DNA from: an uncultured bacterium
GTDB lineage: Bacteria > Babelota > Babeliae > Babelales > Vermiphilaceae
Length of the DNA: 64,000 bases
Direction: 5' to 3'
Assembly (NCBI GenBank): GCA_963695335.1
Contig: OY968764.1
Coordinates: 1,302,685-1,366,684 of the forward strand
A program made the position numbers and the translations under genes. This document shows, one piece after another, positions 33,015 to 42,876 of the stretch. The notes beneath the pieces were generated by a model. It was not told the DNA's origin, ran no database searches, and was given only the letters and a program-made list of their open reading frames with translations. Position 1 is the stretch's first letter. Every line of letters starts with the position of its first letter.

Positions 33015-34794
33015 TAGCCAACTCTTTTTGTTTTTCACGTTGCTTGATAAGCACGTTTTCTATTTTTTTGATTTGTTCAGAACTAATTTCTTGTCGTACT
33101 TCTTTTGCAGCTGCCGACAATTGTTGATACTGATCACGTATCATATTCATTTTTTCTTGATAAAACTTTTCAAGCTCAGAATCTTTCTCAACTTTCTCTA
33201 TTTTTATCTTTTTTAAACCAAAAAAATGAAAAATCCGCGTGAGCAAGCTTCTCTTTTTTTGTTTACTTTTTTCTCCAACAAATAAAACATCATTTTTGTC
33301 TTTGTAAAAAACTATCATATCATTATGCACACTAAAAATATGCTTTTGTTCTTGATAATTATATGGTGAACCAACAATGAGAATATCTTTATAATCACCA
33401 ATTTCATCGATAAAAAATATAATTCTTCCTCTCGATGAAATCACTAATTCAAACCAATCTAATATATCATAAAAACTCTGTGTTGATGATATATTTTTTA
33501 TCCTCGTAACAACAACCAAATCTTCATCAATTTCTTTTGGTGATACCATAGGGATTATTGCTTTTACACGAGACGAATTAACCACCAACTCAAATGGAAT
33601 TTCATCTGCATATAACAAAATTAATTCCGGATCTTTCTTAAAAAAGTTCACGATATGTAACGGTTTTTGAGGGTCTCTGGTTTTAGCTAAAATTGAACCT
33701 ATGGAAACAGTTTTTTTATCCGCATCTAATACTGAAAACCATTCAATACCAGGTAATTTAATTTGCGGTGTATTTTCTATATAATTTTGAGAAATAGGTT
33801 TTATTATATCACTATAATGCCCTTCTAACTCTTTTGCTTTTTTGAAAAAATCAGCAAAATCAGAATCTGTTAATTCTGTTAAAATAAAAGCTCGAATATA
33901 TGTGGCAACATTATTAAGCGCTTGGACTATGATAGGAAATGAATAATACTGTTGCGTTTCTAACTTTATTTCTCCGTATACCTTGTCAACATTCATTCCT
34001 GCTGCATAACAAGAATCAATCACAAATAATCGTGTATGTATTTTATTGTCTAAAAAATGTAATAATTTTTTAAACCCATCAAAACTCAGATGAGCAATTG
34101 AATAATCAATACCCCCATGACCCTCTATAAACAAAATCCATTCAGGAATACTCATATTTTTATTTTTATAATCAGATTTTTTACAAAAAATCTCATCTAA
34201 TGAATCACTAAAATAATCAGCAAATTCTGGCCGTGATGACGATTGAGTTAGATCTATATCATTAATAGTTTTCATGTGATTGACTTTAAGACCAAGTTGT
34301 AACTCTATATCAGATATCACATCTGCAGAACCACCACTCTCTTTTACTTTATCTTTATCAATCTTCAAAGCCTCCAAATAGACATCAGGTAGCAACAAAT
34401 TCAATGATTCGTTAATTTGTTTTATAACCCATCGTCTTGGTTGAAAAGCCATTCTACTTTGCAAATTACTCCAAGCTATTTCTTTTCTTTTTTTAAACAC
34501 ATTATGGAGCAATGAAGTAGAAACAATGATTGGTCCTACTTGTTGGTATAAAGCAGTTAATAAACTCACACTGACTGCATCAAATTTTCTTTCTGAATCA
34601 TCAAGAAATATTAACAATCCTTTTTTATTATCTAAATCATCTTTAACCGTTGATACTATTGGCTCTTGCGCTGGTACTTTTGTTATCTTCTTGGGTATAT
34701 ACAATGGTTTAGATTTTTTATTTATGTGCATCTGTTTAGCAATAATACCTGCAAAAAAGACTACAAAAAAAATACCTACCTTTATATTTTTCAT
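32989..34794 (-). CDS. Exported hypothetical protein with caspase-fold (clan CD)-like His-Cys motifs
   Basis: ILFIEGHG ... LFVIDSCYAAG; N-terminal TM/signal. Confidence 0.55.
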   Translation of the reverse strand: MKNIKVGIFFVVFFAGIIAKQMHINKKSKPLYIPKKITKVPAQEPIVSTVKDDLDNKKGLLIFLDDSERKFDAVSVSLLTALYQQVGPIIVSTSLLHNVFKKRKEIAWSNLQSRMAFQPRRWVIKQINESLNLLLPDVYLEALKIDKDKVKESGGSADVISDIELQLGLKVNHMKTINDIDLTQSSSRPEFADYFSDSLDEIFCKKSDYKNKNMSIPEWILFIEGHGGIDYSIAHLSFDGFKKLLHFLDNKIHTRLFVIDSCYAAGMNVDKVYGEIKLETQQYYSFPIIVQALNNVATYIRAFILTELTDSDFADFFKKAKELEGHYSDIIKPISQNYIENTPQIKLPGIEWFSVLDADKKTVSIGSILAKTRDPQKPLHIVNFFKKDPELILLYADEIPFELVVNSSRVKAIIPMVSPKEIDEDLVVVTRIKNISSTQSFYDILDWFELVISSRGRIIFFIDEIGDYKDILIVGSPYNYQEQKHIFSVHNDMIVFYKDKNDVLFVGEKSKQKKRSLLTRIFHFFGLKKIKIEKVEKDSELEKFYQEKMNMIRDQYQQLSAAAKEVRQEISSEQIKKIENVLIKQREKQKELATKNSPLIQ

Positions 34795-34877
34795 AATGAG
34801 AAATCCTGTATTAATGAATTATTCATTCACCCGTACAATAGCGGATTTCCAATTTGAAAAACAACCCTTTAATATAT

Positions 34878-34906
34878 CCTCCTTCGCATAAAGCTATGGA
34901 GGCAGG
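34878..34906. repeat. Family-A-related palindrome
   Basis: cctccttcgcataaagctatggaggcagg. Confidence 0.5.
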
Positions 34907-34985
34907 TCAGAAGAGAAACATAAAAAAAGAGGCTGTTTAAAAGCCTCTTTGTAGAAATTACTGAATTTACGGGTAATTTTTAAAT

Positions 34986-36872
34986 TTATTTTTGAACTTC
35001 CTGCAATTGTTTTACACGTTGCCGAGCAAGCACTTCTTCTACCAATTGCTGTTTTTCTTCTTTACTTTTTTGTCTTTCTTTTTGTTTTTCATATTTCTGT
35101 GCAATTACATTTTCCATTTTCTTAATCTGTTCAGAAGAAATTTCTCTTCTTATTTCTCTCGACCGCATCTCTAAAATTCTGTCATTATAATCTTTTTCCT
35201 CATCAGAATCATGTTTAACCAATACCAATGCCTTTTCTATTGGATTTGAGTACACCCTTTCTATCTCTGCCATAAATAGTGTATTACCTTTAAAAATTGG
35301 TTTATCATTATTGTCTTTAAAATAAACTTTTGTACCATAATCTTTAGTGCCAAAAATCAGAATATCCTTATAACCATCAATTTCATCAATAAAAAAGCAT
35401 TTGGATCCTCCCGATGTTCCCGTTAACATAAACCATTGCAATATTCCAACAAAACTATGCGTTGCTGATGATATTTTTTTTATCTTATGAAAAATACGTT
35501 CTGGTTCATTTGGAACAGACCCTGATGACATCATAGAAAATATACCTTGTAAGTTTTTAGAATTAATTGTCAACTCAAATGGTATTTCATCGGTATATAA
35601 TAAAATTATTTCTGGATCCTTTTTAAAAAATGAAACTATGTTGAGTGGTTTCTGAGGATCCTGAGTTTGAGCTAAGATAGAACCTATTGAAACAACTTTT
35701 TTATCAACTATATCAACGGAAAGCCATTCAATTCCAGGTAATTTAATTTGTGGTATCTGAAATAACTTACTTACATAAGAGAAAAGATGTTTAAAATTAC
35801 CTTCTTTTATTTTTTGCGCTATTTCAAAGGGAGAATCAAAATGAAGGATGTATGTAAGTTCTTCCCGTTCATGCCATTTATGCATATCAATATCAGGCGC
35901 TTGATCTGTTCTAACAACATCATTAATTCCATTCACTATAATGGGAAATGAATACTGAGCTTTAACTTGTGATTTCATATTTCCAAAAATTTTATCTGTA
36001 TTCGCTCCTACGGCAAAACAAGATACGTACATCAATAATTGTGTTTTTATTTTATGTTCTAAAAAATGTAAAAACTGCTGAAACCCATTTAAGCTGAGAC
36101 CTACAACTCTAGTGCCAATACGCCCATGTCCTTCTATATACATAACCCATTCAGGACTCTGTTGCTTTGCGATTCTATAGTCCGAGTTTGTACAAAAAAT
36201 AGAATCCATTGCTTCAACAAAATAATCAGCAAACTTAAAATCTTTGGGTCTTTCAATCTGATCAATGGTAATAGTTTCCATATGATTAACTTTAAAACCT
36301 AATTTTAATTCAGTCTCAGATGGCAACTCTACATTTTTATTATAGTCAACTTGTTTACCATTAATGTGTAATGTTTCTAAATAAACCTTAGGGATTAAAA
36401 GAACCAATGAATCATTAATCTTTTTTATAATCCATGGTTCTTGTTCAAAACATATTCTCGATAGAATAATACTTTCTTTTTCTGCAAATTCCTTAAATTT
36501 ACCAGAAGAATAATCCGACCAGCTATCATTTAATAAATCCTTAATTGGTCTTATATCCTTCTTTGCTGCCTCATGTACATTATACAATAATGATGTAGAT
36601 AGAATTATTGGATAATTTTTTAGACAAAGTCCTGTCAAAACCATCCCTCCTATACCACCGAGCTCTTTTTCCGAATCATCTAAAAATATGAGTACGTTCC
36701 TTGTTTCAGCTTCTTTTGTTTCTATTAAATCTTGCTTTTCAAAAAATTGAATCTGCAATTTTTCTGTTTCAGATGTATGCATAGAAAAAAGATTTGTTGC
36801 AAAAAAAGTCCCTAACAAACCACTCAAATAAAACAATTGAGTTATTCTTAAACTATTTTTTAAGTTTTTCAT
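34986..36872 (-). CDS. Tandem paralog of 32989-34794, caspase-fold-like
   Basis: VMYIEGHG ... LMYVSCFAVG; shares LIFLDDSE, PQIKLPGIEW, SIGSILA, FFKKDPE. Confidence 0.55.
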   Translation of the reverse strand: MKNLKNSLRITQLFYLSGLLGTFFATNLFSMHTSETEKLQIQFFEKQDLIETKEAETRNVLIFLDDSEKELGGIGGMVLTGLCLKNYPIILSTSLLYNVHEAAKKDIRPIKDLLNDSWSDYSSGKFKEFAEKESIILSRICFEQEPWIIKKINDSLVLLIPKVYLETLHINGKQVDYNKNVELPSETELKLGFKVNHMETITIDQIERPKDFKFADYFVEAMDSIFCTNSDYRIAKQQSPEWVMYIEGHGRIGTRVVGLSLNGFQQFLHFLEHKIKTQLLMYVSCFAVGANTDKIFGNMKSQVKAQYSFPIIVNGINDVVRTDQAPDIDMHKWHEREELTYILHFDSPFEIAQKIKEGNFKHLFSYVSKLFQIPQIKLPGIEWLSVDIVDKKVVSIGSILAQTQDPQKPLNIVSFFKKDPEIILLYTDEIPFELTINSKNLQGIFSMMSSGSVPNEPERIFHKIKKISSATHSFVGILQWFMLTGTSGGSKCFFIDEIDGYKDILIFGTKDYGTKVYFKDNNDKPIFKGNTLFMAEIERVYSNPIEKALVLVKHDSDEEKDYNDRILEMRSREIRREISSEQIKKMENVIAQKYEKQKERQKSKEEKQQLVEEVLARQRVKQLQEVQK

Positions 36873-37021
36873 AATTGAAAATCCTTTATTAAAAACTTTG
36901 TTAAATACAATCATCGTTATTATAATATCAAATTTTCAAATTGAAACACAAGAATTGCTTTTTAAACAAAAAAAGAGGCTGTTTTACAGCCCCTTTTACT
37001 TCTTCTATTTTTATCTTATGA

Positions 37022-38689
37022 CTATGCCTGTTGTTGTATTAAGCGTGCAATATTTGCAGCAATCAAATAAGCTGACGCCATTGGTGCACCATCCATACAT
37101 AATGGAACTATAGAATCATCTGCTACAATCAGGTCACATACACCATATACATTTCCTGAACTATCAACAACACCGCCTTGTCCGAATGGAGCCATGCGGC
37201 AATGGCTTTGAAAAGATTCACTTGAAATAATATTATTCTGTATAAAATCTGTAACTGCTGCAAGGTCATTGAGTATTGCAGGATCTGGATATACCAATTG
37301 ATAACGAGAATTAATACTCTGCAATGCATTGTTTGTATTTTTAATAGTGATCATAAGAAGCTTTTGAAGCATGTTTAAATCTGCCGGATTAGATAATACA
37401 CCTAAATCAATTACTGGTGGCTGTAATGGATCTGCACCATTAATCGTGATGCTTCCGCGACTTTGTGTTGGCTCAAGCGTAAGTACTCCCACAGCTATTC
37501 CTGGTATTGGATTAATAGTAAAAAAACTAGCTGCCCGTATAGATTGATCTCCCAATGGATCTGGCAACCATGCAATGTTATTCAAATAATTACTTGGATC
37601 AACAGCAGGAACTGGCGTATCACTTGGATCAGTACTAAAGAATAATGGTACAATATAATGATCAGCCAATCCTTGACCTACATTTGGATTATCAAATACC
37701 ACTGGTATATTAAGTGATTTCAATACTTTTCTAGGACCTACACCAGAATGCATTAACAATGAACTACTAAAAAGTCCGGCACTTATAATAACTTTTTTAT
37801 TTGCAAAAACTTGTTCAACTTTACCGTTGTGCATATATTCTACACCAATTGCCCTATTGCCTTTCCACAATATTCGCAATGCAGGTGATTCAAATAACAC
37901 CCTCAATTTTCTTCCATCAACACCAAAGCCCTCAGGAGTCATCACTTGATCATTCAAAAATGCAACTGCACTACTCACTCGTAATGTTCCATCAGGTGCG
38001 CTTTGCGTATACTGCAATTGTGTTGAAGCGCCAGTGGGAGTTTGAGGATCATTATAATCACGCACAAAAGGAAGACCCGTTGCATCCATAATTGCTTGAG
38101 TAAATGTCTGCGACACAGCTGTTGGATTTTGTGGTTGACGCACAGAAATAGGACCATGATATCCACGCGCTTTTGGATTAGTTGTCTTTCCTGAATACGT
38201 TTCAAGTTGTTTGTAAATATCTAATATTTGATTAACGGACCAATTTTTGCCAGCGATAGCTTCCCATTGTGAATAAACAGCGCTTGTTCCCCTCACATAA
38301 GCACCTGCATTAATTTGCGATGCGCCACTTTCTGGCAAAGCGAGCACCCACAATAATTCTCGATCATCTGCATTGGGTTGTGGAACAGTGGATCCTGTTT
38401 GATAATAAGGCGCATTAAATAATGCCGACACAACAACCAAGGGTGCAAATGCAGAAAATGCAAGTAATGGATCTTGCGTAAGGTTTTTTCCATTATGCAA
38501 TGCAACAACTGAGCTTGTTTTATCATCACTCAATAATTTAGCAAGTGTTGCACCGGCTGTACCAACACCAACAACAATATAATCTGCACGTTTTACTTTA
38601 TCTTTTTTATTCTTGTGTTCTGCATGTAGCGGCACTATGGTGATATATGAAAAGAAAAAAAATAAAAGAAAATGGATGATATTTTTCAT
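37022..38689 (-). CDS. GMC oxidoreductase (choline dehydrogenase-like) with signal peptide
   Basis: DYIVVGVGTAG, SQINAG, LMHSGVGP, VGQGLADH, GGVVD. Confidence 0.9.
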   Translation of the reverse strand: MKNIIHFLLFFFFSYITIVPLHAEHKNKKDKVKRADYIVVGVGTAGATLAKLLSDDKTSSVVALHNGKNLTQDPLLAFSAFAPLVVVSALFNAPYYQTGSTVPQPNADDRELLWVLALPESGASQINAGAYVRGTSAVYSQWEAIAGKNWSVNQILDIYKQLETYSGKTTNPKARGYHGPISVRQPQNPTAVSQTFTQAIMDATGLPFVRDYNDPQTPTGASTQLQYTQSAPDGTLRVSSAVAFLNDQVMTPEGFGVDGRKLRVLFESPALRILWKGNRAIGVEYMHNGKVEQVFANKKVIISAGLFSSSLLMHSGVGPRKVLKSLNIPVVFDNPNVGQGLADHYIVPLFFSTDPSDTPVPAVDPSNYLNNIAWLPDPLGDQSIRAASFFTINPIPGIAVGVLTLEPTQSRGSITINGADPLQPPVIDLGVLSNPADLNMLQKLLMITIKNTNNALQSINSRYQLVYPDPAILNDLAAVTDFIQNNIISSESFQSHCRMAPFGQGGVVDSSGNVYGVCDLIVADDSIVPLCMDGAPMASAYLIAANIARLIQQQA

Positions 38690-38745
38690 AAGACTCTCCT
38701 TTTTAACTGTTTTCAGCGAATCGTAGAAAAACAATCATATTAAAA

Positions 38746-40068
38746 TCAAGGATGTTTTTCATCATACTTATTTTCAGGCACAATAATACTCTCATCATCT
38801 TCATGCACCGTTACACGTGCGCCTAATTGCTGCAATTTATTTTCAAGCGCATCATAGCCACGCTTAAAATGATGTAAGCCGGCAATTGTAGTGGTTCCTT
38901 GTGCATTTAAACCTGCAACAATCAATGCCATCACAGCTCTAATATCATTGCCAACAACTGCAGCACCGTATAATTTTTTACTGCCAGTTATGATAACTTT
39001 ATTATGCTCAATCTTAATTTCCGCACCCATTTTGACCAGTTCATGTGCATGATGAAAACGATTTTCAAACACTGTTTCTTCAATAACACTTGTGCCCTGA
39101 GCTAAACATTGTAATGCCATCATCGGTGGTTGCAAATCTGTGGGGAATTGTGGATAGGGGCCAGTTTTTAGAGACACAGCCCGAGGGGACTGTGTCGATT
39201 TTAAATGAATACCTTTATTATTAGAACCAACGGTAATTGTGTGTCCCATTTCTTCTAATTTTAATAAAACAACATCTAAGACATCAGCACATGCATCAGG
39301 CAAATAAATCTCTCCACCCGTTGCAGCTGTAGCAATTAATAATGACCCTGCTTCGAGCCGATCAAACATAATAGTGTGATCTACTGGATACAAAACATCA
39401 ACACCTTCAACGGTGATTGTTGCGGGAGCATCAACTTTTATTTTTGCCCCCATTTTTGTCAGGCATTCAATCAAATTAAAAACTTCAGGCTCACACGCGG
39501 CATTAATAATTTTCGTTGTTCTTTGAGCACGTGTTGCTGCCATAATGATATTTTCTGTTGCCCCCACACTGGGATATTCAAGAACAATTTTTGCAGCAAT
39601 TAAATTTTCAACCTCTGCACACAGATAATCACCTTCATGATGTATCACCACACCCATCTTTGCAAAATTTTTTAAATGATAATCAATTGGTCTTTTGCCA
39701 ATTGCATCACCACCGGGTTGTCCGCCAATACGCGCTTTGCCAAAGCGTGCCAACAGTGGTCCCATCACCAAAATTGATGTGCGTGTTTTTTTCATCATCG
39801 CACCACTCACATCCCATGCATGCAACAACGTTGTATCAACAAACAGTTGATGATGCTCTGTATCAAAAAAAATAACTGCACCAAAATGGCGCAGCAATTC
39901 TATCATCTCAAAAACATCCGCTGATGCAGGAACATTGTGTAATACAGATTTTCCACTCGTTAAAATTAACGATGCAATCGTCACTAAAACAGCATTTTTT
40001 GCTCCAGAAAGTGCTACCTCGCCTTGTAATGCTGACGATTGTTCAACTTTTAAATATCCATTGTGCAT
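38746..40068 (-). CDS. murA: UDP-N-acetylglucosamine 1-carboxyvinyltransferase
   Basis: SGAKNA, PSVGATEN, FPTDLQ, ETVFENRF. Confidence 0.96.
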   Translation of the reverse strand: MHNGYLKVEQSSALQGEVALSGAKNAVLVTIASLILTSGKSVLHNVPASADVFEMIELLRHFGAVIFFDTEHHQLFVDTTLLHAWDVSGAMMKKTRTSILVMGPLLARFGKARIGGQPGGDAIGKRPIDYHLKNFAKMGVVIHHEGDYLCAEVENLIAAKIVLEYPSVGATENIIMAATRAQRTTKIINAACEPEVFNLIECLTKMGAKIKVDAPATITVEGVDVLYPVDHTIMFDRLEAGSLLIATAATGGEIYLPDACADVLDVVLLKLEEMGHTITVGSNNKGIHLKSTQSPRAVSLKTGPYPQFPTDLQPPMMALQCLAQGTSVIEETVFENRFHHAHELVKMGAEIKIEHNKVIITGSKKLYGAAVVGNDIRAVMALIVAGLNAQGTTTIAGLHHFKRGYDALENKLQQLGARVTVHEDDESIIVPENKYDEKHP

Positions 40069-40142
40069 ATAAAAAAACTCCTGCTCATATCGTGTTAAAT
40101 ATGAGCAGTGTACTGGAAGTCAGCAAAAATTAAAAAGTTTAT

Positions 40143-40865
40143 TTACTGTTTTAATTGAGAAATTTCATTTTTAGTCAGATGGCGCCACTGGCCAACTTCA
40201 AGACGAGTTTTGGTTAACCCTGCATAACCTGCACGGTCAAGTTTTCTGACATCATACCCCAAATGCTCAAAAATACGACGAATTATAAGATTTTTACCAC
40301 TATGCAATGTCACCGTTAGATTTTGTTTTGATCTATCAGGAAAAAAACTTGCTGAATCGACCTGAATAAAGCCGTCTTCAAGTTGAACGCCTGCTCTTAT
40401 TTTCTGCATATGTGTCCGTGTTAATACTTTATCAAGCTGCACATTATATATTTTTTCAATTTCAAAACGTGGGTGGGATAATTTTAGGGCAAGTTCACCA
40501 TCGTTGGTCAGTACCAATAAACCGGTGGTATTGCGGTCTAATCGCCCTACTGGATACACACGCTGTTTTATTTCTTGTTCAATCAGATTAAGGACATTAT
40601 GACGCCCAAGATCATCAGACACCGTTGTAATGCAATTTTTAGGCTTATTGAGTAAGATATAGACCTTCTCTTCTGAACGGACTAAGGTTTCATTAATCCG
40701 TACACAATCATTGGGATTAACCTTAAATCCTGGCTCATTGATCATGACACCATTAACGGTGACCACCTTGGATTTAATGATATCCACGACCTTACGGCGT
40801 GAGGCAATGCCCGCTTGGGCAAGGTATTTACTTAAAGAATCGGACTGGCTTTTTTGTGTATTCAT
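40143..40865 (-). CDS. rRNA pseudouridine synthase (RluB/RsuA family)
   Basis: S4 domain; PVGRLDRNTTGLL. Confidence 0.93.
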   Translation of the reverse strand: MNTQKSQSDSLSKYLAQAGIASRRKVVDIIKSKVVTVNGVMINEPGFKVNPNDCVRINETLVRSEEKVYILLNKPKNCITTVSDDLGRHNVLNLIEQEIKQRVYPVGRLDRNTTGLLVLTNDGELALKLSHPRFEIEKIYNVQLDKVLTRTHMQKIRAGVQLEDGFIQVDSASFFPDRSKQNLTVTLHSGKNLIIRRIFEHLGYDVRKLDRAGYAGLTKTRLEVGQWRHLTKNEISQLKQ

Positions 40866-40894
40866 ACTATAAGTATAGCAGAATAAGCAGATTT

Positions 40895-41800
40895 TTATAG
40901 GCCTTTCTGCTTTGCAATAAACTGATCCACAATTTCAACCAATTTCCGAGCATCCTCATAACTTTGCTTAATCATTGCCTTATTACTTGCAAGCTCCCCA
41001 ATTACTGCCGAATACAAAGGCAAGCCAGGTGCAAAACCTGCTTTAACCGCAAAATAATCATACATCTGCATAATATCTTCCGGTCGGAAGGTGTGCATTA
41101 AACATTCTACATATTTTTTATATTCAATAAGAGCATGCAGTTCTTTACTATTCAACTTTACCTTTTTGTCATTTATCATCTTTATAAAATTCTGACAAGC
41201 CATTGCACATAGGTTATGTCTATATGAAGAGTCCATATCAATTGCACAAAAAATATTTCTCACGGAATCATAAAAAAGATTACCTCGATGGCGATCATGA
41301 TTACATACAAACGTGTCCAAAGCCACAATTTTTCTTAATGTTATATGTTTGCTCATCCACGCGAGCATATCCCGCCGAAACCCAGTTATCTCTTGCTTGA
41401 TATTCATTCTTCTATACGCACTCCATTGCGCATTCATCATTTTACCTGGTGCAACAGTATGAATTGTTGCTGGCCAATCATCATAAGGTTTTCCGGGAAA
41501 ATGTTTCCCTGCAGGAATAATATCCACGTGATGAGCAATGTTGGGATCAAATATTTCTGCAATATGTGCCGTGATAGCATCAAGAACTACACTCACAATT
41601 TTATCAAAATGATGTTTTCTCTTTTGTTTAATGACATATACTTTTCCGTAGATTTTAACAAAACTAATATGAGAATATTCCACCTCATAACTACGGATCA
41701 GTTCTACATTACGCGGTTCAACATCAAGAATATGTAATCGCGCATAACATAATTGGCTCAGTACCAATGTAACAGATAGTATCACACGATATAGTTTCAT
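40895..41800 (-). CDS. Exported atypical kinase (HipA/PI3-PI4K/Fam20-like catalytic motifs)
   Basis: YVIKQK, DTFVCNHDRHRGN, AIDMD; signal peptide. Confidence 0.7.
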   Translation of the reverse strand: MKLYRVILSVTLVLSQLCYARLHILDVEPRNVELIRSYEVEYSHISFVKIYGKVYVIKQKRKHHFDKIVSVVLDAITAHIAEIFDPNIAHHVDIIPAGKHFPGKPYDDWPATIHTVAPGKMMNAQWSAYRRMNIKQEITGFRRDMLAWMSKHITLRKIVALDTFVCNHDRHRGNLFYDSVRNIFCAIDMDSSYRHNLCAMACQNFIKMINDKKVKLNSKELHALIEYKKYVECLMHTFRPEDIMQMYDYFAVKAGFAPGLPLYSAVIGELASNKAMIKQSYEDARKLVEIVDQFIAKQKGL

Positions 41801-41807
41801 ACCATTA

Positions 41808-42713
41808 TCAATTCTTCTTAAACTTCTCTATCAATTTTCCCAGAATCTTCACCAACTCCTGAACATCCTGATAACTCTGCATAATCACTTGCCTATTGCT
41901 TGCAAGCTCCAAAGCAAGGCGCTCTGTATACAGTTCCGATCCCTCAACAAAACCTGCTTTTTGAGTGAAATAATCATACATTTCCAAAGTCTCTTGCGGG
42001 TTATGCCGATCAATCAGCATTTCTAAATATTTTTTATACTGAACAAGAATAATGATCTCTTTGCTGCTTAATTGCAATTTTCTATCATTCAACATTGCCG
42101 TAAAATTCTGACATGCAAGTGCACATAAATTATATTTAAATGCAGAATCCATATCAATAGCAGTCAATAAATCTGACTTTTTATGATAAAAAAGATTCCC
42201 TCTGTGCCGATCATGATTAGAGAAAAACGTATCATAAGCAACCATTTTTACCAATCTTGGATCTTTAGCCATCCATGGTAACATATCACGTCTAAATCCA
42301 ATACCAGCCTGTTTTATATTCATACTATTAAAACGACTGTCTTGCGCTTTAATCATCTTACCTTTAGCAACAGTATGAATTGTTGCTGGCCAATCTACAC
42401 GTGGTTTTCCAACAAAACTCTGCCCTGCAGGAATAATATCAACCATATGCGCATTAATAAAATCTTCCGCATAGTGTGCCATTATCGCATCACGTACCAC
42501 ACTCCCAATTTTACGTATGCAATCTGATTTTTTTTGTTTAACAATATATTCTTGACAATCAATTTCTACAAAACTAATGTAACAAAAACGCATTTCTAAT
42601 GTTTCAATTAATCTTACATTTTGAGGATTGGTATCAAGAATTGTTAAACGTGCGACATTACTTTGAACACATAAAAACAAAAAGATCATACTTAAAATTT
42701 TATTTACTTTCAT
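41808..42713 (-). CDS. Exported atypical kinase, tandem paralog
   Basis: YIVKQK, NHDRHRGN, AIDMD. Confidence 0.7.
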   Translation of the reverse strand: MKVNKILSMIFLFLCVQSNVARLTILDTNPQNVRLIETLEMRFCYISFVEIDCQEYIVKQKKSDCIRKIGSVVRDAIMAHYAEDFINAHMVDIIPAGQSFVGKPRVDWPATIHTVAKGKMIKAQDSRFNSMNIKQAGIGFRRDMLPWMAKDPRLVKMVAYDTFFSNHDRHRGNLFYHKKSDLLTAIDMDSAFKYNLCALACQNFTAMLNDRKLQLSSKEIIILVQYKKYLEMLIDRHNPQETLEMYDYFTQKAGFVEGSELYTERLALELASNRQVIMQSYQDVQELVKILGKLIEKFKKN

Positions 42714-42754
42714 CTCTACTCCTATAAACTCACCCATTTCAATGACTCACTCCA

Positions 42755-42792
42755 CCGCTCGTCCTGAGCCTGTCGAAGGATATCTTCGAGCG
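42755..42792 (+). repeat. Family-B palindromic repeat (empty IS110 target with a perfect left-target match)
   Basis: ccgctcgtcCTgagcctgtcgaaggatatcttcgagcg. Confidence 0.8.
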
Positions 42793-42876
42793 TCTTAAAA
42801 CGAGGTCTCCAATAGAATGCTATGATTATTGGCGTTTAATCAATACTTTATTTTGCAAAAATAGTCGCACTCATTT

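Noticed and set aside
40895..42713. HipBA toxin-antitoxin module
   Set aside because: No HTH antitoxin gene, and the proteins have signal peptides
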